Assembly: GCA_029866025.1 (NCBI GenBank)
Contig: JARXAD010000006.1
Location: forward strand, 18,907-82,906
Source: Vampirovibrionales bacterium
GTDB taxonomy: Bacteria; Cyanobacteriota; Vampirovibrionia; Vampirovibrionales; Vampirovibrionaceae
DNA: 64,000 nt
Direction of reading: 5' to 3'
Shown here in pieces: positions 41,001-50,584 of the stretch. Position numbers and translations under genes: made by a program. Within the stretch, counting starts at the first letter, position 1. Every line of letters begins with the position of its first letter. Under the pieces are notes generated by a model, which made no database searches, was not told the DNA's origin, and saw nothing but the letters and a program-made list of their open reading frames with translations.

Positions 41001-44000
41001 TTCGCCATGGGTTTCTACCGAAATCGTGCGAGAGGCGTCTAAATCACCGCGCAATACCACATCCGCATCCACACCGGTGGTATCAATGGTAATGTTTCCG
41101 CCCTTGGCTTTAGGTTTCTCCAAAATAACCATTTGTTCAACCAATGCTGGCATTGCAACCAACTGCTCATTCGTTGCTAAATCAGCGGATGCTTGAATAA
41201 CCACATCGCTATTTTCACCCGTCGTGGTGATAAGGATATCGTTGCCCGAGTCAATTTGGCCGCCCAGCGTGATTTGGCTATTGTCGCCAACGGTGGAAAG
41301 CTCGGTATTACCATCGCTATCAATCGTTCCGCCGCTTACTTGAGTAATATCGGCGTTACGATCAGCAAGGGTTTTAACAATAACCGTGCCACCCTTGCTA
41401 TTAATGTTGCTGTCATCGTTTAAGCGAATATGGCTACGGCGACCATTGGTTTGCAACGTCACACCGTTGCTACCACTCACTTCCGAGTCGATAGTCAATT
41501 CGGCGTCGTTACCCGTGGTGCTTAAGGCTACCGTATTTGAGGCGATAATCGTGGCAGGGGTGTTCACATTTAGGTCTAGATTGTTGGCCGTGGCACTAAA
41601 GATTCCGCCGGTAGAGGCACCTGCAAAATCCAAGCTGGTTTCGTCAACAGCGTTGTCGGCAGTAATCTCAGCGCCAGCAATAATGGTGACGTTACCGGTA
41701 CCGCCAGCAGCCATTACCGTCACACCGTCTTTATCGGTGAAGGTAATGGCACCGTTGTTACTGGTAAGGGTTGCCGTCGTGGCATCGACGTTAGTTAAGG
41801 TAATGGTTTTAGCAGATTCCTTTGTTTCAGCCGTTAAGGTACCCGCAGCTACAGTGGATAGAGATGCCTGACCAATATTGCCAACCTTGGCAGTGGTTGT
41901 TAACCCACTGGCACGGTTAGCGCCAACAAAGGTAATACCGGTTTCTACGTTGTTATTGTTGTTTACATCGGTACCGCTAGAAGCTGCGACCAAAGTCACA
42001 TTGGCGCCAGAAGCTCCCACGGTGGCGGTAAAGCCGTCGCTATCGCTGTACTCATGAGTTCCACCCGACGTGGCCAAGGTGTACTGCGTAACATCGTTGC
42101 CTTCATTATTTAGGGTTGTGTTACCCGTGCCGGTGGTTAAATTCAAGGTATTAGCCGTAACACTACCCGTCACGCTAATGTTATTGCTACCAGCGGCCAA
42201 TAAATTAACGTTGCCAGCCGTGCTGGCCAAAGTGCCTGCGGTTATGCTGGTGGGGCCATAGCCGCCAGCACTGCCATCCAAGGTAATATCGCCAGTGGTA
42301 TTGATGGTACCAATGTCAATGGCGCTGTTGGAAGCGGCCGTCACACTCACGCTATCGGCGGTGATGCTGGTACCGGTGGTGGGGGCCGAGTTGCCTTGGG
42401 TAATCACCACGTCATCGGTGGCGTTCAGGGTCCCAAAGGTTAAGCCTGTGCTGTTACCACCACTAATCGTAATGTCATCGGTGGCGTCAATACGGGTGAT
42501 ACCAGTGACGTCACGCAAGGTGACAGCCACATCGCCATCCACGCCTTGGGCATTCAGGGTTAAACCTGCCAAATGGTTGTTGTTAACGTGGTCTAAAGTA
42601 ATGTCACCATCGGCGGTGGTAATGGAAACGGCAGCGGTGTTGGACAAACCACCCGACTGGGTCACGTTACCGGCAGAAACGGTGGCCAATTTTAAGGTGC
42701 CTTTACCGCCAGTCGCATCCGTATCCAAGTTGCTTACGCCTAAAATCACGCCATTGGCTTCACTAATGTTGGCGGTACCGGCTTGGGTGTTAAAGGACAA
42801 AGTCCCAACAGTGGTATTAATCGCAGCGCCTGCAGCCGTGCCATCTTTGGTGGCATTACCGGTGCCAGTAGTTAAGTTGAGGGCATTACCCGAAACACTA
42901 CCCGTCACGCTAATGTTGTTGCTACCTGCGGCTAATAGATTCACGTTACCGGCGGTGCTGTTTAAGATGTTGCTGGTAATGCTGGTGGGGCCAAAGCCGC
43001 CTGCACTGCCATCCAAGGTAATATTACCCACGGTATTGATGGTGCCAATGTTAATGGCGCTGTTGGAAGCAGCCGTCACACTCACGCTATCGGCAGTGAT
43101 GCTGGTACCGGTGGTGGGAGCCGAGTTGCTTTGGGTGATCACCACGTCATCAGTGGCGTTTAGGGTACCAAAGGTAAAGCCGGTGCTGTTTCCGCCATTA
43201 ATGGTGATGTCATCGCCTGCAGTGGCATTGCTAATGGCGCTCACACCGCCCAAGCCCAAGGTAATATCCGCAGCAGAGTTGAGGCTAATGGTTTTGGCGC
43301 CCAAGGTAAAAATGCGATTAGCACTGGTGGTAATATCGCCCAAGTTACTCAAGCCCAAGTTGTAGCCCAAGGTGCCAGCATTCAAGTCACCCGTAATAGA
43401 AAGGCCCGTACCCGTAGTGGTTTGACCAATATTCACGGTGCCTGCACCCAAACGACCCAATTCATTGGCGCTTACGCCCAAGGTAGCAATGCCATCGGCT
43501 GCCGCGCCACCCACTTGGATGCCACGACTATCGGTGGTTTGAATGGCCAAGGTGCCGCTACCCGCGTTCACCATTTTGGTGGCTGGGTTAATAAAATTAG
43601 AATCCACAACCAACTGCTTGCCTTTTAGGGTGATGTTTTGGTTGTTGGTTTGAATGACGCTATTGCTGCCACTAGAAGGCGCAATCGTCATGGAATTGAG
43701 GGTGATTTCACCCGTTGAACCCACACCATTACCAGCGGTGACAGCTACCGTGCCATTTTGAGAGACCAATTGGCCTTGGTTAATCAACAAATTGTTGTTC
43801 AACGTTACTTGATTGTTGGCATTGACCACAATGTTTTGGACAGCCACAACACCACGATTGACCACAATACTGTTACCACCCGCATAGGTGCTGGTGTCTA
43901 AGGTTACGTTTTTACCAGAAATAGCGGTGGAATTAGAGGTGGAATCAATATTGATGTTGCGGCCTGTCAAGGTCACATCACCCAAGCCATTGGTGTTAAT

Positions 44001-45935
44001 ACCCGAACCAAAAATGTTGTTAAGGTTCACATCCCCACTACCGTTGCGAGTGGGAGTGGCAACACCGCCGGTAATGTCAGAATCCGCATTAAGCACTACA
44101 TTCAACGCACCGATACCGGCATTACCCGTAATGGTGCTGGACACATTGATATCATTTGCTGCGTTCATGGTGAGGGTAGCAGCGCCCGCACCACCACTTT
44201 TAGTAATATTAGCCAACACATTAATGTTGCCATCTTGAGAGCCTGTAGTACCTGTCGTAATCGTTACGCTGGTGCCTGCATTTAAGGCACTCTCAATATT
44301 ACTAGCCCGCACGTTGGATAAAATGCCATTCGCATTAAAGTTTGGAGAAGCCGTTACGCTAAAAGTAGGCAAATTGGTAATAGTGACGTTACGAGGATCC
44401 ATGAGCCACGTACCGCCCACGCCATTGCTAGCACTGGCATCTACTAAGCCTAAGTCTACGGCCAAGTACTCTTTACCGCTGGTTTCTACAAAACCGCCGT
44501 TACCGCCTTGGGGACCGCCTTTGGCTTCAATACGGCCGTCAAAAAAGGTGGCGTTATCGGCCCAAACAATGGCCTTACCACCATTACCATTATTGGTGGC
44601 ACTCACGTTAATGGTGGCGCCGTTCTCTACCACGGTGTTTTTGGCATTCTGAATGGAGGCATCTTGGCCTAAGTAGTTACCACCCACCAAGACGATTCCA
44701 CCACCGGTGGCACCGCTGGCATCAATCACCGAGGTAGCTAGCAACGAAACGGTTTCATCGCCCAACACGTGAACCGCTCCGCCTTTGCCGGTTTGGCTAC
44801 TGGCCAGTAGTTCACCACTGTTTACTACATCGCCGCCTTTGGCGATCAGCTCAATGGTGCCGCCGTCGCCTTCTACTAAAGCATTGGCGCTAACACGACC
44901 GGTGTTGTTAACGATGGCATCCATCAAAGCGTTTTTCACGCCATCGGCAACAATTTGAATTTTTTGTGCAGACAAGGTGCCTGAGTTCAACACGGACGAG
45001 CCTTCAACGGCTTCTTTCACGCCTTCGGTTACGGTTAAACCAATGAGGTCATCGCCCAAGGTAATGCGCTCACCCACACCCAGGTTGATGGTACCGCCAG
45101 TAGCAGTAAGGGCTCCGGCTTGGGCAATTTGGGTAGCCAGCAACGAGAGGGACCCACCCTGAGACGCGTTTAGCTGAGCGCCATTCTCCACCGTGATTTT
45201 GCCCATGGCATCGGTAGCACTGCGAAAGAAGTTGTAGCGACCGGCCAAGAAATCAGAGTTGTTGATGTTTAAGGTAGAAGCAACCAAACCACCCACGTTA
45301 ATGACGGACGAGCCACCAAACACCACGCCGCCGGGGTTGACCAAAAACACCCGACCGTTGCTGTTAATGTTTCCGTAAATCTGAGAGAGCTGACCACTGA
45401 CCACCCGGTTGAGAATGGACGAGCTGGCAGACGGCAAATTAAAGTTAACAGTGGCGTTACTACCCACGTTAAAGGTGTTGTAGTTTACAATGCTGCGAAC
45501 CGACCCCGTGCTCACATCCAGCACATTACCGTTTTGGGTAAAGGTATGGTTACCGCTTACCGACACATAACCCGTTGGTAGCGCGTTGGGGTCTAGGGCA
45601 AAAGCAGGTGCTAACAGAGACTGCGTCAGAACCGCAGCCAATCCGGCGGCAACAGCGCCACGGGTGGCCAAGCCGTTTAAGTGGCCGAAGAGGAGAGCCA
45701 CTGTAGTATTAAGGTCTTCTTTGTCTGTAGTGAAGGTTTTTAAACGACCACCGGCAAAACACACATAGGTGTGAGATTTGTTGCCAATTCGCTGAATATT
45801 GGACACCCACGAGGAAGATTCAGCTTGTTTGGCCTGCTTTTGCTGAAGGGCCTGCGCTAATAAGCGCTGAGATGAGGTGGAACGACCTTCAACAGGAGAA
45901 TCGGTAGGAATAGCAGCGGTGGTGGTGGTAGACAT
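38094..45935 (-). CDS. Filamentous haemagglutinin-like TpsA exoprotein (~2610 aa)
   Basis: TPS domain (NYNTFNVG, ILNRV, SNGRVFLVNPGGVVFG, GGLVAST), GGFVETSG and WLMDP motifs, beta-helix repeats; directly downstream of tpsB. Confidence 0.93.
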   Translation of the reverse strand: MSTTTTAAIPTDSPVEGRSTSSQRLLAQALQQKQAKQAESSSWVSNIQRIGNKSHTYVCFAGGRLKTFTTDKEDLNTTVALLFGHLNGLATRGAVAAGLAAVLTQSLLAPAFALDPNALPTGYVSVSGNHTFTQNGNVLDVSTGSVRSIVNYNTFNVGSNATVNFNLPSASSSILNRVVSGQLSQIYGNINSNGRVFLVNPGGVVFGGSSVINVGGLVASTLNINNSDFLAGRYNFFRSATDAMGKITVENGAQLNASQGGSLSLLATQIAQAGALTATGGTINLGVGERITLGDDLIGLTVTEGVKEAVEGSSVLNSGTLSAQKIQIVADGVKNALMDAIVNNTGRVSANALVEGDGGTIELIAKGGDVVNSGELLASSQTGKGGAVHVLGDETVSLLATSVIDASGATGGGIVLVGGNYLGQDASIQNAKNTVVENGATINVSATNNGNGGKAIVWADNATFFDGRIEAKGGPQGGNGGFVETSGKEYLAVDLGLVDASASNGVGGTWLMDPRNVTITNLPTFSVTASPNFNANGILSNVRASNIESALNAGTSVTITTGTTGSQDGNINVLANITKSGGAGAATLTMNAANDINVSSTITGNAGIGALNVVLNADSDITGGVATPTRNGSGDVNLNNIFGSGINTNGLGDVTLTGRNINIDSTSNSTAISGKNVTLDTSTYAGGNSIVVNRGVVAVQNIVVNANNQVTLNNNLLINQGQLVSQNGTVAVTAGNGVGSTGEITLNSMTIAPSSGSNSVIQTNNQNITLKGKQLVVDSNFINPATKMVNAGSGTLAIQTTDSRGIQVGGAAADGIATLGVSANELGRLGAGTVNIGQTTTGTGLSITGDLNAGTLGYNLGLSNLGDITTSANRIFTLGAKTISLNSAADITLGLGGVSAISNATAGDDITINGGNSTGFTFGTLNATDDVVITQSNSAPTTGTSITADSVSVTAASNSAINIGTINTVGNITLDGSAGGFGPTSITSNILNSTAGNVNLLAAGSNNISVTGSVSGNALNLTTGTGNATKDGTAAGAAINTTVGTLSFNTQAGTANISEANGVILGVSNLDTDATGGKGTLKLATVSAGNVTQSGGLSNTAAVSITTADGDITLDHVNNNHLAGLTLNAQGVDGDVAVTLRDVTGITRIDATDDITISGGNSTGLTFGTLNATDDVVITQGNSAPTTGTSITADSVSVTAASNSAIDIGTINTTGDITLDGSAGGYGPTSITAGTLASTAGNVNLLAAGSNNISVTGSVTANTLNLTTGTGNTTLNNEGNDVTQYTLATSGGTHEYSDSDGFTATVGASGANVTLVAASSGTDVNNNNNVETGITFVGANRASGLTTTAKVGNIGQASLSTVAAGTLTAETKESAKTITLTNVDATTATLTSNNGAITFTDKDGVTVMAAGGTGNVTIIAGAEITADNAVDETSLDFAGASTGGIFSATANNLDLNVNTPATIIASNTVALSTTGNDAELTIDSEVSGSNGVTLQTNGRRSHIRLNDDSNINSKGGTVIVKTLADRNADITQVSGGTIDSDGNTELSTVGDNSQITLGGQIDSGNDILITTTGENSDVVIQASADLATNEQLVAMPALVEQMVILEKPKAKGGNITIDTTGVDADVVLRGDLDASRTISVETHGEDADITQYKNSDVNADKNAVIRTFAKDSAIELDGDVNGDDLVRIATHGKDSDITLGENSTITNSTFSDVKRVMLGEDADGKIIIRTTNKQSGITQLNGSEVNGEADVLIETTDNNADIELNGTVTSDNGNIDVLTEGQDSDITLGANSYLATYGNDGEMVAAAVYEGPTGSSGSSGYSGSTGATAGMGNITLNTTGADSAIVQNAGSLVDSVNDVTFKTTGDTSRIDQNGYVVADNNATLLTEGNGSPITQGSSIGSSGSSGYSGYYGYSGYSGASGYTTTVGTIEAGNTVDIRTQGTTSRGESGASGGYGGSGMSGMVYRVTTGVDSDITLNGYTEGTNGVTVATEGANSDITLTSTAAIESDNNVLVNTLASNATVDINGDITSYAGAIDVLTEGDDSTITLGESSDLETGGYVEEESRVYGDGITVKTTGNYASINQNSGSYVDADGDVRIETTGYNAPVDVNGTVISEDGNIDVHTEGSYSSITLGSDSYLATYSSGASASTGGSGVSGSSGSSGATGFFERSEVRSSGDINVITDGFSSRILQEGGSGMGWYSKYRSQGSVVDAGHDVNFISYGDDSRIDQNGAIYAGNNVSLLTEGNGSPITQGGSIGSSGSSGSSGSSGSTGFSGPFFEGRFEEESFFIAGGSIDAGNKVDIRTKGGGFSNEKERVEDGSQTYSDINLNGDTHGDNGVTVTTENSDSSINIGEGATVTADDALIWFKSNLQDIQGLVNAGTESGQITLSAWDANTTLGLGGGSGLLNITQTEFDNLTARDIFFGDSETNGLINLGLLDARAKAATDITFNTRFSTQETTPNSDSGAGRWNLRMANNRSVYYTGGATNADDRTTSAGIRFVGTNTQRFGDLDVELNGDGLLYAKLPDGLFSGKFLKVITPNGSAFVNVPGDDDGGEESNKLKNLAGNLRGRSGSQINNQFKGTTIPLNEDSVQNSQQFGGNPSGNAGLGGPLF
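42120..43215 (-). repeat. Intragenic ~360-bp near-identical duplication in tpsA (copies 735 bp apart)
   Basis: DDITI.GGNSTG.TFGTLNATDDVVITQ...NLLAAGSNNISVTGSV...LNLTTGTGN occurs at ~42855-43215 and ~42120-42480. Confidence 0.9.
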
Positions 45936-46044
45936 GCGGTAAAACCCTATCTTCAAAGTGTAAAACGTGTATCAAAGTCGTATCAAAAAATGGTGGGGAA
46001 AAGTCCCTGTTAGAGATTAAAACCAGTGGAGAAATATTTATTGC

Positions 46045-46072
46045 CCCTTTTTGGTGTTGCCACCAAAAAGGG
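46045..46072. other. 12-bp-stem hairpin between tpsB and tpsA
   Basis: CCCTTTTTGGTG-TTGC-CACCAAAAAGGG; no U-tract follows on the coding strand. Confidence 0.5.
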
Positions 46073-46178
46073 TTACAAGGTAAAAATTTGTATCTTTTTT
46101 GTATTTTTTTGTTGCTTATGTGTCAACCAACTCCAGCAAATAGTGGGTAGGAAAAAGACACCTAAAGAACGAAAAACC

Positions 46179-47978
46179 TTAGAATAGACGGCTTTCTAGG
46201 CCAAAGTGAATACGCACACCATTGGAGTCTGGTTGTTGTTTTAACAAGGGGACGCCTAAATCCATACGAGCATTAAACAAGCGCGTTAGCTTGGCTCGAA
46301 CACCAATGCCGGCACCCCAAGCAAATGCCCCCGACTGCACACTGCCTGATGCGGGATTAACACCGTTAAAGGCATTGTTTTCTGCAACATAACCAAAATC
46401 AGTAAAGGTTACGAGCTCTAAATTATTGTGCAAGTTGTAGCCAAGTACATTGAAGGTTTCTGGAATAAAGCGGCAAGGGATGTGCCATTCGCCACTAATT
46501 GTCACGCCCGTATCGCCAATCATCCGGCCTTCTTTGTAGCCGCGCACGGTGGCGTTACCTCCCAATTGAAATTGCTCCAAAGAAATTAACGAGTCGCGGC
46601 TAAACTGGCCGAAGCTTTTAAAAATACCGTAGGTTTGCCAGGGTAGGCGTTGCACTCTAGACACCATGGTTGTGTTCTTTAAGAATGCCCTGTCGGCATT
46701 GGGACGGCTTGAGTCCACTTCTTCATTAAGGATGCTGCCCAACGATAATTCACTACGAACAAAGGTTTGGCCCCATTTGTCATAAAAGCGGCCACTAAGG
46801 GCTGGATTTACAACAAACAAGCTATCGGCATTGATGCGGGTTCCGTTAGCAAAAAACTTGCTCCGCTTGGTACCCAAGGCTAATTCTGCGGTTACCACGG
46901 CCCGCTCATTGCGGAATAATTCTTGAGACACGTAAGGCAGATAAAAACTGGATCGGCCTCTAAAATCGTTACCATCTTGAGAGAAGTCAAAGTGAGTGTG
47001 GGCAAAGTTAATACCCAACTTGGTACCGTGACTGGCAATGGGCAATTCATACCCGTTAATCAAACCCCAAGAGTGGCGGGTCATAAAGAAGCTGCTAAAG
47101 GCACTATCACCCAAACCCAAAGTGTTGGAAGAACTTAAGGTGGCTCCGGTGCGGTACAAACCAATGGGCTCACGGCCCAAGTTGTCAAAAAATGGGGTTA
47201 AGTGAATAGGAAAAACTTGCCCGCCTTCTTTAGGTGAAATCACCACTTCCGTCTGACCCGATTCTTTGCCGGGCTTAAGGGTGGCTTGCAAGGCTAAATC
47301 GGGGTTTTCGTTAATTCGGCGTAACGACCGTTTCAAATCTTGCACTTTAAACACGTCGCCTTCGTGCAAATCAATGCGGGGGCGCAGCGAGAGCGGTGCG
47401 TAATGGTACTTCATCCCTTCAAAACGAACTTCACTAATCACCCCCTCATCGGCTTTAATTAAAATCACGCCGTTTTCAATTTTCTGGGGCGGTATAAACA
47501 CCAAGGTGGTTATGAAGCCCTTTTCTTCGTATAAATCCGTTAACTTATCAGCAATGGCGTCCTGCATTTCAATAAAAGGCACTTCTTTGCCAATAAAGGG
47601 GCCCGTAATGGCCTCAATTTCTTTCTCAGAAAGCTTGGTTGCGCCTTCAATGTTGATTTGATTGATTTTAATAGGCTTGGTTAAGGATGGATCCAGCACA
47701 GGGGCTTCTGGGCTTTCATCTTCCACCACGGGGTCTTTCGGCGCTTCTTTTACATCGGCAGGCAACTCGTTGGTGGGGGCAATTTCATTGGGCTGGCTGG
47801 TAAAGGGGTTTTTTTGGTCTGGCGTTAGGCTACCAGGTAAAACTTTAAAGCTATTGGGAATGGCTTGTGCGCTTGCCACCATGGGCAATGTGGAGGCCAC
47901 CATAATAGAAATCGCACCCACCGCAAGCACCGAAGCCGTATTTCGCGACAAAATTCCTTTATAGCCGAAAAATTCCAT
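46179..47978 (-). CDS. ShlB/FhaC/HecB-family TpsB outer-membrane transporter
   Basis: POTRA (LYEEKGFIT...PPQKIENG), VRGY motif (GGNATVRGY) and C-terminal Phe; GGAGGA RBS before ATG 47978. Confidence 0.93.
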   Translation of the reverse strand: MEFFGYKGILSRNTASVLAVGAISIMVASTLPMVASAQAIPNSFKVLPGSLTPDQKNPFTSQPNEIAPTNELPADVKEAPKDPVVEDESPEAPVLDPSLTKPIKINQINIEGATKLSEKEIEAITGPFIGKEVPFIEMQDAIADKLTDLYEEKGFITTLVFIPPQKIENGVILIKADEGVISEVRFEGMKYHYAPLSLRPRIDLHEGDVFKVQDLKRSLRRINENPDLALQATLKPGKESGQTEVVISPKEGGQVFPIHLTPFFDNLGREPIGLYRTGATLSSSNTLGLGDSAFSSFFMTRHSWGLINGYELPIASHGTKLGINFAHTHFDFSQDGNDFRGRSSFYLPYVSQELFRNERAVVTAELALGTKRSKFFANGTRINADSLFVVNPALSGRFYDKWGQTFVRSELSLGSILNEEVDSSRPNADRAFLKNTTMVSRVQRLPWQTYGIFKSFGQFSRDSLISLEQFQLGGNATVRGYKEGRMIGDTGVTISGEWHIPCRFIPETFNVLGYNLHNNLELVTFTDFGYVAENNAFNGVNPASGSVQSGAFAWGAGIGVRAKLTRLFNARMDLGVPLLKQQPDSNGVRIHFGLESRLF

Positions 47979-48172
47979 AGGTTTGATATCCTCCAATTTC
48001 TCTACCCCAGATAAGCCAAAGAGGGCAAAGACAAAACATGCATTAAGAATTAGTAACACAAAAACGAATGGAACCCCACTATTATCGTCAACCCCCTAAA
48101 TGCCTTAGCGCCTTTGCATTAAGCCACCCATTTTTATAAGAACGGGTTTTAATGACGACATAGGCTGTTGTT

Positions 48173-49240
48173 TTATGGGGGCCATACAATACCAGGCCAA
48201 TGAGCAAGCAATGTTTCTACGGCCTTGGACCAACTGTACCGCTGGGCAATTGTTACACATTGCAACAATAACGCTGGTTTTTGCCGGGCCAACCGCTGCG
48301 CCTCAGCGGCCAATGCTTCGGGGGTAGCCACCAAAGCCGCCGCATCGGTTTCATCGGAAAATATATCTCGCGGCCCCGTCACATTAAAAGCCACCACAGG
48401 CGTACCACACGCCAAGGCCTCCAACATCACTAGGCCAAAGGTATCTGTTTTACTCGGAAACACCAACACATCACAGGACGCGTAAATGTTTCGAAGGGTT
48501 TCACCCGTCTGCAACCCTAAAAATACAGCCGTTGGATACTGTTGCTTTAACAGCTCTAGGGCAGGGCCCGTACCCACTACCACCTTCGTACCTTCAACCG
48601 CCATGGTTAAAAAATCATCAATGTTCTTTTCCTGAGACACTCGCCCGGCATACAGGTATAACGGCCTGGGACAGTCGGGTAAAAAATCCATTGCCTCTGT
48701 GGCTTCAGTATTGGGATAGAACCGCTGAGTGTCTACGCCTCGAGTCCACAAGGTGAGGTTGTTAAAGCCCTTTCGCTCTAAAAAAGTTTTAAGAGATTGG
48801 GTTGCCACCAACGTTGTTGTGGCCGCCCGATGAAAGCGTCGCAACAGCCAATAACTCCATCGAACGGGGGGAAAGCCGATGTGAGTGCAAATGTATTCTG
48901 GCCATTTGGTGGTTAAAGCGGTAATAAAAGGAATGTGTTTTCGGGCACAGTACCAGCGCGCGGCCATGCCCAAGGGGCCTTCCGTCATAATCAATATGCG
49001 AGTGGGACACACCATTCGAATGTGATGCCCCACAAATAACGGAACCGACAGATGTAAATTGGGGTAAAAGGTGGGGACTGTAAAAAACCGCTGAGGCGTC
49101 AGCACTACAACGGTGTAGCCTTGCTGTTCGAGATAGGCCGTAATGCTTTTAATGGTGGTAACAACCCCATTGGTTTGAGGTTCCCACGCATCGGTAATAA
49201 TCAACAAGGTTTCGTGGCTTGTTATTTGTTGAGGCAGCAC
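48173..49240 (-). CDS. GT4 glycosyltransferase (glycolipid/diacylglycerol glycosyltransferase-like)
   Basis: TDAWEPQTNGVV, TEGPLG, WTRGVD, GRVSQEKN and FPSKTDTFGLVMLEALACG. Confidence 0.92.
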   Translation of the reverse strand: MLPQQITSHETLLIITDAWEPQTNGVVTTIKSITAYLEQQGYTVVVLTPQRFFTVPTFYPNLHLSVPLFVGHHIRMVCPTRILIMTEGPLGMAARWYCARKHIPFITALTTKWPEYICTHIGFPPVRWSYWLLRRFHRAATTTLVATQSLKTFLERKGFNNLTLWTRGVDTQRFYPNTEATEAMDFLPDCPRPLYLYAGRVSQEKNIDDFLTMAVEGTKVVVGTGPALELLKQQYPTAVFLGLQTGETLRNIYASCDVLVFPSKTDTFGLVMLEALACGTPVVAFNVTGPRDIFSDETDAAALVATPEALAAEAQRLARQKPALLLQCVTIAQRYSWSKAVETLLAHWPGIVWPP

Positions 49241-49398
49241 AAGATTATTTCACTCAAAAACAGATACCTCCTATTCAATCACATGAACGTCACGGTGTTG
49301 GGCATTTTGATGACACCCCGCAAGCTGGGTTTACAAGGCAAGGGTAAAAATAGGCGTCGTTTTAATAATTTACCCCCGTTATGATTAATATTGCCACT

Positions 49399-49446
49399 AA
49401 AAAGGCCGCTGTTGCGGCCAAAGAAAAAGGCCAGATTGCTCTGGCC
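49399..49446 (-). terminator. Two tandem intrinsic terminators
   Basis: Minus strand reads GGCCAGA-GCAA-TCTGGCC-TTTTT, then GGCCGC-AACA-GCGGCC-TTTTT. Confidence 0.8.
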
Positions 49447-49605
49447 GGATCATCAAGAGAGAGAGAAAATAATTGAGAGAGAAAATATATAAAAGAAGGT
49501 GATGAGAGTCAATGGCTACGTGCAACAAAGCCCTGTTTTGTGTAACAAGGTTGTTACAAGCCGTCTCTACAACGGCTCTCTACACTGATGATTGACCTCA
49601 CCCGA
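49424..49605 (-). ncRNA. Candidate novel ncRNA (four-way junction, CU-rich linker, terminator)
   Basis: Five stems folded by eye, followed by two TTTTCTCTCTC motifs and a terminator; details in findings. Confidence 0.45.
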
Positions 49606-49642
49606 TTTCCCACTAAAACCAAAACTGCTAAAGGTTTATACG

Positions 49643-50101
49643 CTAATCATAGACTGATTTTTCAAACTGATAGGACGGCTGACTACCCGCACCGGTTCGC
49701 CCGGTTTTGCCTTCAACCAGCTTAAAATTTTCTTTCCAAATATTGGTACCACCTTGAGAGCGCACCAACCCACGCTTGGGATGGATGATCATGGTATTTT
49801 CCGGTGGATGCATGGGCGGTTTTTGTAGTAAGCCCACGGCTTCTAATAGCCAAATAGCGCCATCAAACCACTGAGAACTGTAGGTGCTGTCCTGTCGCAC
49901 CAATTTAATGTTTTGCATCAACTCCTGGCACGACGCCAACAAATCCAAAATACGATCCACGATGGAAGGCTGAGCATACCGAGGGACGGGGCCCTGTCTT
50001 TTTCTGGCCAAGGCCGAACGGCCTTGCTGCCGCTGAGGAAGGGTGGGTCGACGGTGTGGGGCAGATTGCCTTAAGGTTTTTTCAGGTGGGCGCTGGGCCA
50101 T
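49643..50101 (-). CDS. Hypothetical basic protein
   Basis: 152-aa ATG ORF with a GAGGA RBS; no recognisable domain. Confidence 0.6.
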   Translation of the reverse strand: MAQRPPEKTLRQSAPHRRPTLPQRQQGRSALARKRQGPVPRYAQPSIVDRILDLLASCQELMQNIKLVRQDSTYSSQWFDGAIWLLEAVGLLQKPPMHPPENTMIIHPKRGLVRSQGGTNIWKENFKLVEGKTGRTGAGSQPSYQFEKSVYD

Positions 50102-50584
50102 ACCAAAATCCTCTAAAGCCTCAAGGGCTCGTTAATCCACGACAGTAGGTTTTATGTATCTTTTGTAGAGTGGGCAATCCACTCCGTCGCCTACAACCGG
50201 TAAGCGTTGGTCTCCGATTTTTAACATCACTCCACTCTGTTTGTTTTACGTCTCTTCTCGGAACGAATGTGGCTCGGTGGCGCTGCTCTGTTCCGTGTTT
50301 TATTAATATACACCTGCACAAATATAAAAACAATCCTAATATTTTCACGATGTTGAGTGGCTGTAACAAACAGCGGTTAAAGCACTCTTAAGAAATTCTT
50401 AAGAGTATCAACCCCATATCTACTAGATTCATGAGAGATACTCTCCTACGGCCATTCTGTTACATAACATTGCGTTACATACTAGCACCTGCTCCAAAAG
50501 GAGCTTTTATACTGACATTTGGCGTAAGTCTCTAAAACCAATGCAAAATGCCCGCATATCACATATAAAAGCCGGATTTGCCGC

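Noticed and set aside
42295..43365. 356-aa plus-strand ORF and other long antisense ORFs in tpsA, carB, ndvB, pilB and wbpA
   Set aside because: Shadow frames produced by codon bias of the real gene; no RBS or recognisable domains.
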